DNA of 64,000 bases from contig BFEA01000006.1 in assembly GCA_003427395.1 (NCBI GenBank), positions 6,776,700-6,840,699 on the forward strand. Direction: 5' to 3'. The notes under the pieces were generated by a model, which saw only the letters and a list, made by a program, of their open reading frames with translations, was not told the origin of the DNA and ran no database searches. The position numbers and the translations under genes are program-made. Position 1 is the first letter of the stretch, and each line of letters opens with the position of its first letter. This document shows positions 38,560 through 50,866 of this stretch, piece after piece. This DNA comes from Chara braunii. Lineage: Eukaryota > Plantae > Charophyceae.

Positions 38560-40214
38560 GATAGCCTAGTCACCAAGGAAGATAAGGAGAAAAATACCAC
38601 CCTCTCCACGAGGTCAGAAATCGGATGCCCCAAACAAATCAGAAGAAGAGGATAGATAGTTATAAATATGGCCTCAAGAAATAAGAGCAAATCAGTATTC
38701 CATTCATATCGTCACATCATTGAAGGAGAAGGCTCACCCTCATGATTACCATTCGAAGAAGCCCAAAGTCGAAGTTGCTCCAGCTCATTACCCTTTGGTT
38801 CCGAACTAGGGACTAGGTTAGCAGTGTATAGCTCCGAGCCCCCCTGTGAGAACCCTTCCACCCCTTTCAACTAGAAAGGTTGCTCCCTGAGATGGGTCGC
38901 AGAGTAGGTCTCCTTACCGCCATAGCCAGGCCCTGGCGGGACGGGGGCTTTCCAACTATTTGGAAAATGACGACGGGTACACACCGTACCATGGCAACGA
39001 CAGCTATTCCAAGCGGGGCGCTAGCGCCGCCGGAAAATAGCGCTCGAAGCGTTACCGCTAACCCCGGCACTGCAGTTTTTCTCGTTTTTTTTTTTCGTCG
39101 GACTTCCACCGACTCATCAGGAGGCTGAGCCTCTACAGTCCATCCACGGATGGACAAAATCGAACGAATCTGCCGCCCAAGGCGGGTACGTTCAAGAGAG
39201 AGAGAGAGAGAGAGAGAGAGTCATACCCGTCTATAAGATGAGCAAAATTGAACGAATTTGCCGCCTTATGGTGGCCACGTTCTTAGTGCAGGATGGGACA
39301 TGAGGGGCTCTCTGTATAGGTGGCGTTGGCTGCCAACAACGGGTGCCACCATTCGGAGAGAGAGAAAAGGTCTCCCACCCCTCATAGTTGAAGGCCAGTC
39401 TGCGCCCGTTCGTTTGAGCGATGGGCTGCAGAATGGCGCCGTACCTGGCACCATAGGCGCCCAGGTATAGGCGCAGGCTGGAAGGGGGGGGGCTAACCCC
39501 AGCCAGGCTTGACACCAGTTCGACTGAGTGAAAAGACTGCGTGGGGGAGGCTGCTCGTTTTGTAAAAACGAGCTGGCCCCTGCCCAGGAGAATGAAGGAA
39601 ACAAAAGGTAACCGCCACGAACGTGGCCGCGGGCTTAGGGAAGATACAGGAGATAGGAAAAAAAAAAGGGGAAAAAAAAAAAAAAAAAAAAAAAAAAGGG
39701 AGAGAGAAAAAAGTAATGGCCGCGAATGTGGCCGCGGCCGTGGAACAGGTGCGGCCCCTAGAAGCTTCTAGGGGCTGATAAGACTGCGGCTGTTCAGTTG
39801 GGCATGCAGTCTTAAAATGGCTTGGTACTGCCATTTTGGACAGCGCCTGGCCGTGGATGGCGGCAAGGTGCATTACTAAAGCCAGAGACTCGATATTCCT
39901 AGTGGAACATCAAGATTCCCAGCCCTCGATCGAAGCTTAGATCGAGGGTTGGGCTCAACCCCGTTTTTTGGTTGAGCCTCAAGTGGCTGACCACCACTTC
40001 AGCTCAGCTATAAAAGCAGGGCTGGCCAACAGCATCCTCACTCAGTTGAGGTGCTGCCCACATTCTGATTGAATGTGGAGTAGTGAGCAGCATTATGCTG
40101 CCTAGGTGCTGAGAGGTGGAGTGGAGTGGAGGTCTGCAGTGGGCATGGAAGTGGAGGCAGCCATAGCCACCACTTCACTTTGTGAAGTGCTGGGGGAGAT
40201 GTTGGACTGCGACG

Positions 40215-40420
40215 CCAGTTTTGTTGACAGGCGCGGAAGCGCTGCCGAAATTTTACGGCGGCAACGTCGGGCTTCACGGCGATGGCACGGAAGCGCTGCC
40301 GAAATTTTGCGGCGGCAGCGCTGGGCCTGACGGCGGTGGTGCGGAAGCGCTGCCGAAATTTTGCGGCAACAGCGCTGGTTTTAACGGCATTGGTGAGGAA
40401 GCGCTGCCGGTTTTGCACAG
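40215..40420. repeat. ~54-bp tandem repeat (GGAAGCGCTGCCGAAATTTT core, 4 copies)
   Basis: Core recurs at ~40235, 40289, 40343 and 40397. Confidence 0.85.
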
Positions 40421-41049
40421 CGGCAGTGATGCAGTCAGTGAGGGAGTGCTGATGTATTTTTGGCATGGCGCCGACAACATTCTTCAGTGAGATCATGCTG
40501 CTGGAATTGGCGGCGGCAACAATATTTTCATTGAGATTATGCTACCGGCATGTCGGCAGCACTATTGTGAGAGAGATGTTGGGGGTCCTCTGCGTCATAG
40601 CAGAGGCAGTTTTTGTGTGTGATCAAGAGGTAGTGTTGTGGGGTAGCCATGATACCGGTTTGACAATGCACCGAGCAGTGGTCCGCCGTTATTTTTGTGG
40701 TATGTTGCGGTTATGGTGGATTTCAGTGTGGCCTGGAGGATGGGCTGGAAGTGGTGCACATTTGGGAATGTGTGGCAGTGGTGCGTGGACCGGCGGCATG
40801 AAGAGATCGTTGAATGGATGCACGCAGCACTGACTATGGGAATTGCAGCGCTTGCGGTTTGCGCCGGCTGAACATCTTATTGTTTTTGGGGGCTCGCGGC
40901 ACCTGTGGGTTTCACCAGGGGCCACCTTTATTTTTTTGCGGCACTCGGTGCAAGCGGGATTTGAAATTGGGACTGTACGGTGCTTTGGCGGTGACGTGGG
41001 ACCGTCTGGGACCATTTTGGGACCAGGCGGGACTGATTTTGAGGTTGAG

Positions 41050-41390
41050 ACTGACACGTGGTGTGACTATTGCAAGCGGACGTGGTGACTGGAGATGGTG
41101 TGGATCTGCGAATTGGGACTATGTTGGGGCAACCTGGGACATTGTGACCACGTGGTGTGACTATTGCGANNNNNNNNNNNNNNNNNNNNNNNNNNNNNNN
41201 NNNNNNNNNNNNNNNNNNNNNNNNNNNNNNNNNNNNNNNNNNNNNNNNNNNNNNNNNNNNNNNNNNNNNNNNNNTCTGCGAATTGAGACTGGCACGTGGT
41301 GTGACTATTGCGAGCGGACGTGGTGACTGGAGATGGTGTGGATCTGCGAATTGGGACTATGTTGGGGCAGCCTGGGACATTGTGACCCAT
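41050..41390. repeat. ~95-bp tandem repeat spanning an N-gap
   Basis: CACGTGGTGTGACTATTGC unit repeated on both sides of the gap. Confidence 0.75.
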
Positions 41391-44300
41391 CCTCTGCTCA
41401 TTTGGACACTGGGAGAAGGGCGCAGACTGTAACTAAGGAGGAAGGCCACAACCTTTAGAGTTGTGAGCCACACATTCTTCTACGACAATTATTTTCTTTT
41501 GATTGATGTATTACCCGGCTTTCTTGAGTGGGCCGGGTCAAACTTCACTCGAGGTCAGTCAGTTTGACTCAGACCCATTCACACCTGTGTGAACCCGCAC
41601 TTTGCTTGACCCTGTTCTTTGAATGTTCGCTGAAAAGGTAAAGAAAATGAATCACGGTGTTTGCGTGTGTGAAGGGGAGTCTGACGTGAGTTCGTGTTTG
41701 CCTTGTTTTCCTTTGAACTTGTTGTTTGGTTTGATGTGCAGGTAGGTAGAAGGGTGCTTGCAAAGGGGATTGATTATGCCTGTTGGAGATACAGAAAAAA
41801 ATTATCCCTCCTTCTACCTCTCACCTGCTTGCTTGTCAAAAGAACTGTTGTTTTGAAAAGTATTATTCAACGTATGTCGTAGAATGAATTCAATTAAAAT
41901 AAAGCAGATAAGGTCAAACGGATTTAGCTTTCTGCCCATGATTGACTTTTTCTATCCCGAACGACCTTATCTACCTATACCTGTCCAAATGATCCTCGCC
42001 GTCTACCTTCTTCAATTTCTTTTTTTATCTGAGTTACCCAAAACTTATGAACAATGAAAGTAAAAGAGAACCTACTCATGGCGAATACAGTTTCTCTCGC
42101 TAGGAAGCATCCAAGGCAGGGGTTTGTATGCTTTCGGAGTCGGCCCTGTTATCGACTTGGAGTGGACCCGATTCGTCGGGGGTGGTGCTTTGCCGACTCG
42201 GTGGTGACGGCCCAACCTCTAAGATCCAAGTCTTCGGGCTCGGGCGAGGGAAAGGAGTACCCACAAGACCACTTCCTAGAGGGATAGATGCGTGTTGGAA
42301 GCAGAAAAAGTTTCAGCCCACAAAAAGAAGTAGGTAATTGAGGTGATGGTTCTTCTTCCGCAGTGATAACGACTGCGGTTTTGTTTTGAATAACCAAATG
42401 ATGTAAATGGGTACTCCATCATTCGTGGAACAGAAAGAGTAATTATTGTCCAAGAGGACAAAGCGACCAACAAAAATTTTATTCGTTAGATAATACTTTC
42501 CTCCTAGCAAGTTGCATATGATACGGAGGCGGGGTCGAGCCAAGAGTTTAAACTTCGGCTAGGAACCAGATTACTTGTTGATCTGCATGGAAGCAGTGGA
42601 ATAAAAAGTTTTTTAGTCATATAGGCCGGGAATAATAACTTTGGCAGATCATCTCATAAAGTTAAAATCTAATCTTGTGTGATTGGATATAAAGTATATT
42701 GATTTTATTTATTTATCTTGTGGTCAGAAAGTTATAAGGGACTAGGATTATATTATGGGTTTCACGTTTGGTTGAGACCGTCCTAGTCGACCGACGTTCA
42801 TTCGTACCTAGGAGGTCAGCGGCCTAGGAGACGGACAACGTTCGGGTCCACTTGGCGTCAACCAAGCGTACCTATGCTGCAGCGAGCGAGCAAACGCCCT
42901 CGGCTGACCTACCACTGCAATTGCATATAAAAGCTTTCGCACATGGGTCAGTAGCTCGGTAGGGATACGCCCCTGAGGGTGGTGACAGCCCCTTAGGGAA
43001 GGTAAGATGTGCCCTACGGAAACCTATCCTGTCGTAGGGGATCGTGGGAAGTACGGCTGACCCACCCGGCTAGAGCGGCAAAGGGACAATGCAACCGCGT
43101 CCGTCTCGGCGGTTCGTGGGATTATTTATGCATCGTCCTAAGTTGTCTCTTGATTTTATTTTGTTTTAACTCCTGCATGACATAGCCGGGAGGACCCTCG
43201 TTCACGCAGGGGCCAATGCGCCCGACACCGTGTACCCGACTCTGAGGCCGAGCAAAGGAAGACAAAAGTTGGTATTTTAAGTCGCCCAGTACCAGTAGGT
43301 AGACAAGTAGCAAGCCAAGTCTTAGTGCGTGTCGTAGATTTACCCGACATAGTATTAACACAATCAAACCCCCGACCCTTTTAGGTTGAAGGGTATTACT
43401 ACTGATTCTAACCATCATAGCACGTCATAACAACGCGTGCGCATACCCTTGAAATTTTATCACCGACTCGCCCCGGCCTCAATGACCGAGGAATTCGTTT
43501 CGAGTGTCACGCCAAAGCGTTCACACCCTTTTCTTTCAGATTGGCTCCGTCATGGTAGCTGATGTCGTCACTGTGCCGAATGCAAAAGCATGGTCAAATA
43601 CCCTTGTAAGGGTATTTGGTCCGACAACGTAGTAGCAGTGCACAATATCAGCCACAAACCACCACAAGACCGTGTTCGACGATGCACAATCCGGACACAC
43701 AGCAAGACAATGGCACACCGTGCCGTGCTCAGCAAACACTCAATGATAGCTCAGTGACCCGCTCAACCAAGTGCACATTGTAGTACAACAATGGCCTAAT
43801 AACTATCAGCAAGGTCCAACCATGTATGACGTAAAACACAACACAACTTCGACAAGTGCACAACCGAATGCCCAACAAAATGCAGGCAAAACTAAACAAT
43901 GCACCGATGTGTAGTAGCACAACCACGATGTGTAGTAGCAACACCCAAGAGGAACGCAACAACAACAGTGTGATGTTGCAACGGTAATTTGGCAGTGCGA
44001 CGGTGTGGCATCAGTCATCCTCACTGTAACAGCTCGAGCTAACTGACGTGCACCTCCATAATATGCAATAACAATCGTCGCTGACGAAAAGAATAACTCA
44101 AGCCGGACTAAAATAACAGCCTTCTTGGCAACACAATACGGAACCCACAACAGTACCAGCTACGGTAGTTGCAGATCCTGCTCATACAGACCTGCTCAAC
44201 GAGCAGATATGTGCTCTCACATCTTTCCCTCAGCCTGTCTAACCCCTTCCTTGATGAACGCAAATCTATCATGACGAACACAGTAATACAATGGCGACCG

Positions 44301-45097
44301 AACAATCAGTTATGACACTGGGGAACTTCGACAACGAGTGATCACAACGATTCTCGATGAAGACCATGATTACAAACATGGTGAACACAACTTCGGTCAC
44401 TATCATAGGCTGCATCGAAATTGCAATGAGCGTCCGATGGCGCACTACCAACGGGACTGCGAATGCTCCCAGACTCATGACTATGACACGAGTACCACGG
44501 GATGAAACTCGGCGAAAAGAAGGGCACAACTATTGCCCTAGCTCCACTATTCTCTGAATATATCAAATGTGAATGAATCTAACGCTAGGACTGGGAAGAT
44601 ACAACCTGAGTCGTGCGCAAGAGTCCGTGCTATGTGAGGTGACCAGGTAAGTCCCTTTTCCCTCTACACATCTTCACTTTTCCCTCTCTCTCCTCCCATG
44701 TTTGCGTCCACTGCCCGTGCCATAATCTTTAGTTGACGAGGAGCACCACGATCTCATTGTTGAAGAAGAGTATGGCAAAGGACCAGATTATGAAGGCGAT
44801 GGTCCCGACATGCAGTAGAAAGACAGGCTCGACCGCAGTAATGAGGTGCGTCCGCGCCCCCTACTTTCCTCGTGCTCTCGTTCTCCCACATGCTATCTTT
44901 TCCCGCGAGCTGTCATCCGAAGGCGCACAATGAGACTGAATCTTCCCGTAGAAAAGGGGGAGATTCATCTCATATCCCTCTACGTCGTCTGACACCGTAG
45001 CTCGAAGTTTCATTTATCCTGCATTACCATTTCTGCATCATTTGAACTACCTCTGGTGGATAGTTCCAACAGCAAGGTGCGGACGAATCTTGCCATG

Positions 45098-45162
<65 letters not shown>

Positions 45163-45517
45163 NNNNNNNNNNNNNNNNNNNNNNNNNNNNNNNNNNNNNN
45201 NNNNNNNNNNNNNNNNNNNNNNNNNNNNNNNNNNNNNNNNNNNNNNNNNNNNNNNNNNNNNNNNNNNNNNNNNNNNNNNNNNNNNNNNNNNNNNNNNNNN
45301 NNNNNNNNNNNNNNNNNNNNNNNNNNNNNNNNNNNNNNNNNNNNNNNNNNNNNNNNNNNNNNNNNNNNNNNNNNNNNNNNNNNNNNNNNNNNNNNNNNNN
45401 NNNNNNNNNNNNNNNNNNNNNNNNNNNNNNNNNNNNNNNNNNNNNNNNNNNNNNNNNNNNNNNNNNNNNNNNNNNNNNNNNNNNNNNNNNNNNNNNNNNN
45501 NNNNNNNNNNNNNNNNN

Positions 45518-45601
<84 letters not shown>
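45098..45601. repeat. (CT)n microsatellite flanking an N-gap
   Basis: Direct reading. Confidence 0.95.
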
Positions 45602-45607
<6 letters not shown>

Positions 45608-46149
45608 CCTTCGTTCCCTCTAATCGGCAATTTCTTATCTAATGCATTCGGCCGACATCTCGAATGAGTTCAGGCGCTCCTTTTTGTGCCTGTGCATCAG
45701 AGGCAATCATCCGGAACGTGCCACCCTATCGTGACCATCAAGAGGAAGGTGCGGATCTGCACAGCATGCAGAATCCAGATCCAGATGATCATGAGGAAGG
45801 GCGAAAGCAGGCAACACTATTCCCCTTGACGACCGCACTGTTGACGGTGATGTTATGTGTTGTTATGGCCACGCTCCAACGTTCACCAAAATGTGCAAAG
45901 TAAGAATAAGCCTCCTATTTAAGAGTTAGGGGAAATAAACAAAAATAATTTTTGCACAGGAAAACCAAATAATAATAACTAAAAAATAAAATTTGCGTAG
46001 CACATTAGCTCTATATCACAAAAATGCCCCATTAGCTTCGAAATCCGACTTCGCCAATAGATTCGCAACGTCAGAAAACCCCAAACCGTTACTTTATTTT
46101 CCTTGATTCCGTTATGGATTGGCAGGGATATCAACTTCCCGCTCCTACC

Positions 46150-48267
46150 ATCTCCACTTTCACGACGTTTCCGCTCACAATCATTCCTTACTAACTCCCG
46201 CTTTCTTGATCTAACACTAAAACTAACTATTCCATGATACTCTCCCTTCCTAAAAACCCCTACCCTGCCACTTTCCTCGCTCGAATCCATCGAGGATCGA
46301 GCGAGTCACACACTTCTCCCCTCCATGCTCACACTTGTCCCCGCCATCGTCTTCTTCTTCGAATGTATGATCAGGTGCGGGTTCGCGCCCAGGTTCATTC
46401 CACTTTTACTCGCCCCTTCCTCGAGTCCTCCGCCTCACCCTTGCTTACCTTCCTCCTCGTCGTACCCGCTTCTCGTCTCCGTCGACGCCAACGAAGTTCC
46501 CTAGTAACGGCAGGTCCCATAGTGGTCTGATACCACCGCCCATCGGCGTTAGATACCTTGAGGGAAGCCTCGAAGGGAACCAGCTACTAGTCGGTTCAAC
46601 AGTTTTTCACCTGTATACCCAAGTCCGATGAACAAGCAACACGTTTGCTTTCTTCTCAGCGCCTCTGCACCCGGTTGGTGCCAAGCTGCGCACGAACCCA
46701 GACACCACGAAGGGTGTTGATTGATACAAACAGCAAGACGGTTGTCATGGAAGTCGAAATCCTCTAAGGAGTAGACAACAACTTACATGCCGAATCAATT
46801 AGCCCCGACAGAAGGTGGCACTGAAGCATGTGACCTATGCCCGACCGTCAAGCAGATCTGGACCCCGCGACGAGCGAGAGGGCGCGGGCCCGCCGCAAAG
46901 TCTACAGCGTCAGCCTAGTTGAAGCGGGTCCCGATGCAGATCCTGACGGTAGTAGCGAATATTAAAATGAGAATTTTGAAGACCGAAGTGGAGAAGGGTC
47001 CCATGTGTGCAGTTGTGTACAGACGGTACTGTTGTTGCGGCCTCTGCCCCAGTCCCCCACCCTGCTGTGTCCAGGCATGGTTCACCATCTGCGGGTCCCA
47101 ACCGAGCACGCTCACACTCAAACCTCGCATAGCAAACCGTGAATTAAAAACCACAAAAAGTTTCCGCCACTCCGGTTTCATCTGCCTCGTGGGTGAATCA
47201 CCCACCGACTCGCACGCACGTTGAACTCCTTGACCCGTGTTTCAACTGTTCATGGGTGTATCAATCGAGTTACGCCCGCTGGTCCCCGCACACAACCCCA
47301 GTACCAACACTGGTGCCGTGTCCAAAAACTGGACCGACAACTAAAATAACTAAAAAAAATAAAAAATAAAAAAATACAACCAAAAATAAAAATACAAACA
47401 TCTGGAACTGATGCTTTGGGGAAGGGAGACCGTCGACGCCCGTTTCAGTTATGTCGGTCGGGCCCACGGATGGGCTGGCGAAAAAACGAAGGGGGATAGC
47501 CCCGTCGGGTCCTCAACCCCTCGGCATCTTCAACCGCTCAATTGCTTCATCACTGCCGATCGCCGACCTCGATCCCCATGCTTCCGCTTTGAAAGTTCAA
47601 TGTTGTAACCAATAATGCTTTGCCCAAGGATGACATTGACACTAACAGAAATCCATATAAATGGGTTCCGCCTACTGCATGGTTGCGCTGAAACGCCCCA
47701 AACCACCTTTGCCTACTCTCACCGAACCTACGGCTACCGAACACTTACACCTGTTATGAGAGGGGTCGGCTCCACCCGCTATTGCTGCGCCCACCGCTCA
47801 GTATGTTTAAGTCAATGCCACCATGACCAATCAAAATGTTTTTCCGCCCTGACTACTATGCAATTTCAAATCCCTCTCATTAATAATTTAAAATAGTCAC
47901 CCCAAAAGAATGTTGACAGTCAAACCCAGCCTCGGTCACGACAGTCACCTCCGTGCGAGTGTCCGCGCCACAGACAGATGTTTTTAATCAAAGATGAAAA
48001 ATATCATTTTAGTCATAATTAAATCAAATATAAAAAAAATAGACTCGCAATTAAACCAATTTTATAATGTCAATTAAGAAACGATCACGTGCGCCTTAAG
48101 ATTGAACGTCAAAACACTCCCTATTTCTTTCAAGCGGTTTCATATTTCTAGTCACAAAAAAAAAATGGCCACGACTTACGTGGCGCTTCGAACTCCCAAT
48201 TCAAAGTGATTTCCTGTTACTTGCAAAAATCAGGGCGGATACCCTTGTAAGGGTATTTGCGCCGACA
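46150..48267 (+). mobile_element. Diverged relative of LTR A (left boundary approximate)
   Basis: Colinear anchors with 1-2496 (AAAACCCC..CGCTCGA..CGAGCGAG, LSU mosaic, AAGGGGGATAGCCCCG, CTCGATCCC); ends ATACCCTTGTAAGGGTATTTGCGCCGACA. Confidence 0.7.
46555..47245. pseudogene. Degenerate 25S rRNA mosaic (antisense-sense-antisense)
   Basis: ~46555-46645 antisense (GAGGGAA..GGGAACCAGCTACTAG..TATACCCAAGTC); ~46695-47020 sense (AAGGGTGTTG..GTCATGGAAGTCGAAATCC..GGTAGTAGCGAATATT..); ~47035-47245 antisense (CAGGCATGGTTCACCATC..GAACTCCTTGACCCGTGTTTCAA). Confidence 0.88.
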
Positions 48268-49322
48268 ACAGGCAAGCGTGAACCCTTGGAAAACCCTGCT
48301 AGCTGCAGTTGCAGTCTGGACACCCACCAATCCCCGGCTGAGTTCCATATGCATAAAGTTGTGTTGTCATGTGAATGGCGGGCCTATCAGTCATAAGTCC
48401 TGAGTGATTAAACCGCCTGTACATGGCCCCATCCTTGCATATAGTTTTTGTTGCCACAAGCAAGACTCGGAGGGGCTGCGAGGTGCGGGGGACCATTGAA
48501 AAAAAAACAGTCGTCCCGTTGAGCATGCCTAGCCCTGGTGCCTGTAACTGCCATTTGGACAAAATCTTGCTATGAGATAATGAGATGAATGAGGTAGGAT
48601 AATAGGAATAGGGGGTGAGCCGGAAAAATTGATGAGAAGATGGGTTGGGAGGCGGTCTCACAAATGGAACAATTGTCAGCACAACCAATGGTTGGCTGAT
48701 GCAATGACCATCGTGTGTTTGGAACTTGACCTCTACAACAACATGGGCTAAGGGGTGGACCCCACAGGGAAAAGGCTGGAAAAACGCACGTCCCTGGAAA
48801 TCCGAGGCGGAGAGAGTGAAAGTTTTTTTCCCGAAAAAAACGGGACCCCACAACACAACCACTTTTCCAACAATTTGGTGGTGTTTTTTCCTGGATTTGG
48901 ACCACTTCTGTCGCGGACCTGCAGGGTGGTCGTCCAACCGGAGCCTTCAATGGGCCGTGCCTGGCGGACATCATGTGGACCTGTGCAGTCTTTCAACTTC
49001 GGAAAACACACGAGGATGCCCCCCATACCCCCTGCGTTTGCCTCAATTTTTTGGCGGATTTGCGGAATGTAGGCACTTTCCAGCCAAATTGGACGTGGAA
49101 AGTCCTTCGTCGCTTTTCCACACTACTCTTTCCCGCGTGGTGTGGTGTAGGATCCCGGAAGAAAAATGACTTCCAAACATTCTTCCACTCCCTGTGGGGC
49201 CCAAGAGAACATCCCGCGGGGTGTTTTTTTCGAGTTTTCTCTCTGTGGGGTCCACCTCTAAGGGAAAAAAAATCGAGGTGGTGCGGGTTGAAACTGGAAA
49301 CCGAAAGGAAGAAAGTTGATGG

Positions 49323-49436
49323 AAACTGGCTAATTCTGTCAGGATAAACCCAGGTTGAATTGTGAGGTCCCCGACCTCCATTTCACAATTTTTGCAATAT
49401 ATGCATGAATGTGTTTAAAAAAAAAAAGAAAAAAAA
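49323..49436 (+). mobile_element. Isolated 3' tail related to the LINE, followed by an A-rich tail
   Basis: AAACTGGCTAATTCTGTCAGGATAAACCCAGGTTGAATTGTGAGGTCCCCGACCTC matches the reverse complement of ~32080-32135. Confidence 0.75.
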
Positions 49437-49812
49437 CTGGTGCGGGTTTTATACTGACACCCGCATGTCGATGTATGGTGTATTGGTGCTTTAAACCACT
49501 AGTACTTTGCCCAACTATCGGCAGTACCCCATGGGGGCTTAGGCCCCCTCTGGGGAGACTCTGATGCAAATGCATATGGACCCACACCGTGGCATTTGGG
49601 CTTCCGCCTACTAGACCACATTCGCTGGAGGCCATAGCCAAAACAAAAACAAAAAAGTGTCGTTTTGCTTTGGTAAAACTTGGCGCGCAGGGTCGATGAA
49701 GGTTCGACTTCGATAGTTGCACCAAGTACTGGTGGTTTCACTCTCAGGTAGGATAGGAGAGTTAACGAGAGGATGGGCAGGGAGGTGACCTCACAAACAA
49801 ATTGTCAATCCA

Positions 49813-49883
49813 GTGGCCTAGCTCAATTGGTTAGGCATGCAAGTGGCACTCAAGAGGTTGTCGGTTCAATCCCCATCGCCGCC
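49813..49883 (+). mobile_element. tRNA-derived SINE head or tRNA pseudogene
   Basis: A box TAGCTCAATTGG and B box GGTTCAATCCC at tRNA spacing; cloverleaf degenerate. Confidence 0.6.
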
Positions 49884-50800
49884 TGTAGCACTCTTTGGTG
49901 CCAACCAACTGAGATAGTCAGCTGAATCCTCCCAGTCGGTATTAGTAAGGTCTTTAGCCAACACGGGTGTGAGTGAGTGTGTGAGTGGGTTGCATGTGGT
50001 GTGTGGAAGAGTGTTGGCTTTAGACACTGCTGTTACTCGATGGGGTTGGGGGAAGATGAAAAGGGAGGCATAGTTACTGGCAAATGCTCGGTCCTTGTGT
50101 TCGCAGCCCGTCAGGGATGTGTTTCCACCCCCTGAGACATTTTTGTCGTCCTTCGTTATACCGGTCGTTGATTCGGGCTCGTTTGGTCGTTGGAAGGTTC
50201 AAAAAATGCAGGCAGGTGCAGGCACGACACTTTGGGGGGGGGTGGCAGTTTCTTTGAATAATGCGGGACCGGGAGCTGCCCATGGGACCGCGCACTGGGT
50301 TTTGGTCGAAACGGTGGCAAAGCAGCGGCAGGGTGAAAAAGTGGAAAAGTCTGAAATCGGAAAGGGCACGGCCTTGGCCGCAGGTTGAAACAACACACCT
50401 GCATTGCATTTGCAAGTGCATATTTCTAAACCTCTCCAATAACGCCTCCTTCATCAATCAAGCATATACAAACTACGGGCTGCGCACCCGTGCCCTCACG
50501 GTAAGTCAATTAGCCGGGCCCCCACTGGCGGCCCCAACCCTGCACCCTAAACTCTAGGGCAAAGGGGCAAACATGCCGTTACCCCTCTCCACCGAGAGAG
50601 GTAACCTCCCTTCACTGAAGAGAGGTAGAAAGCTATGCTTGCAGGGGTCCCCTGTATAGCCTTAGGAGTAGTGGTAGATTCTGAAAACAAAGACATGTTC
50701 CATGACATGGCAGAACGCCAAGATATGTGAGGTGAGAGAGAAAATATATGGCTGTCCCCCGATGAGAAGGCACCTTTGCCGCGTGGGAAAATAGCGGGCC

Positions 50801-50866
50801 ATTTTTATGCGTGTCATCCTTGCGCAGGGGCCATGCTAATCTTCTCTGTATCGTTCCAGTTTTTAT
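50801..50866 (-). pseudogene. U6: U6 snRNA central-domain retrocopy
   Basis: GGAACGATACAGAGAAGATTAGCATGGCCCCTGCGCAAGGATGACACGCATAAA on the minus strand; flanked by 15-bp direct repeats GGAAAATAG(C/A)GGGCC (50786-50800, 50867-50881). Confidence 0.92.

Larger units (their letters stand above)
32022..39092 (-). mobile_element. Near full-length L1/Tx1-type non-LTR retrotransposon (LINE), decayed
   Basis: ORF1 + APE-RT ORF2; poly(A) at ~32022-32049; 13-bp TSD TTTCGTCGGACTT at 32009-32021 and 39093-39105. Confidence 0.9.
29370..43227 (-). mobile_element. LTR-type element D (probably a large solo LTR) nested in LTR B2
   Basis: Ends TGTCGGG...CCCGACA; 4-bp TSD CCGT at 29366-29369 and 43228-43231 restores the B1 sequence GCGCCGTGTACC; terminal hairpin variant at 29381-29398 in minus orientation. 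Confidence 0.8.
28706..43626 (+). mobile_element. LTR family B, copy 2, split by a 13.9-kb nested insertion
   Basis: 28706-29369 matches ~14402-15082 and 43232-43626 matches ~15083-15479; ends CAAATACCCTTGTAAGGGTATTTGGTCCGACA. Confidence 0.8.

Noticed and set aside
46555-47245. Functional rRNA gene
   Set aside because: Short, heavily mutated, mixed orientation and embedded in an LTR.
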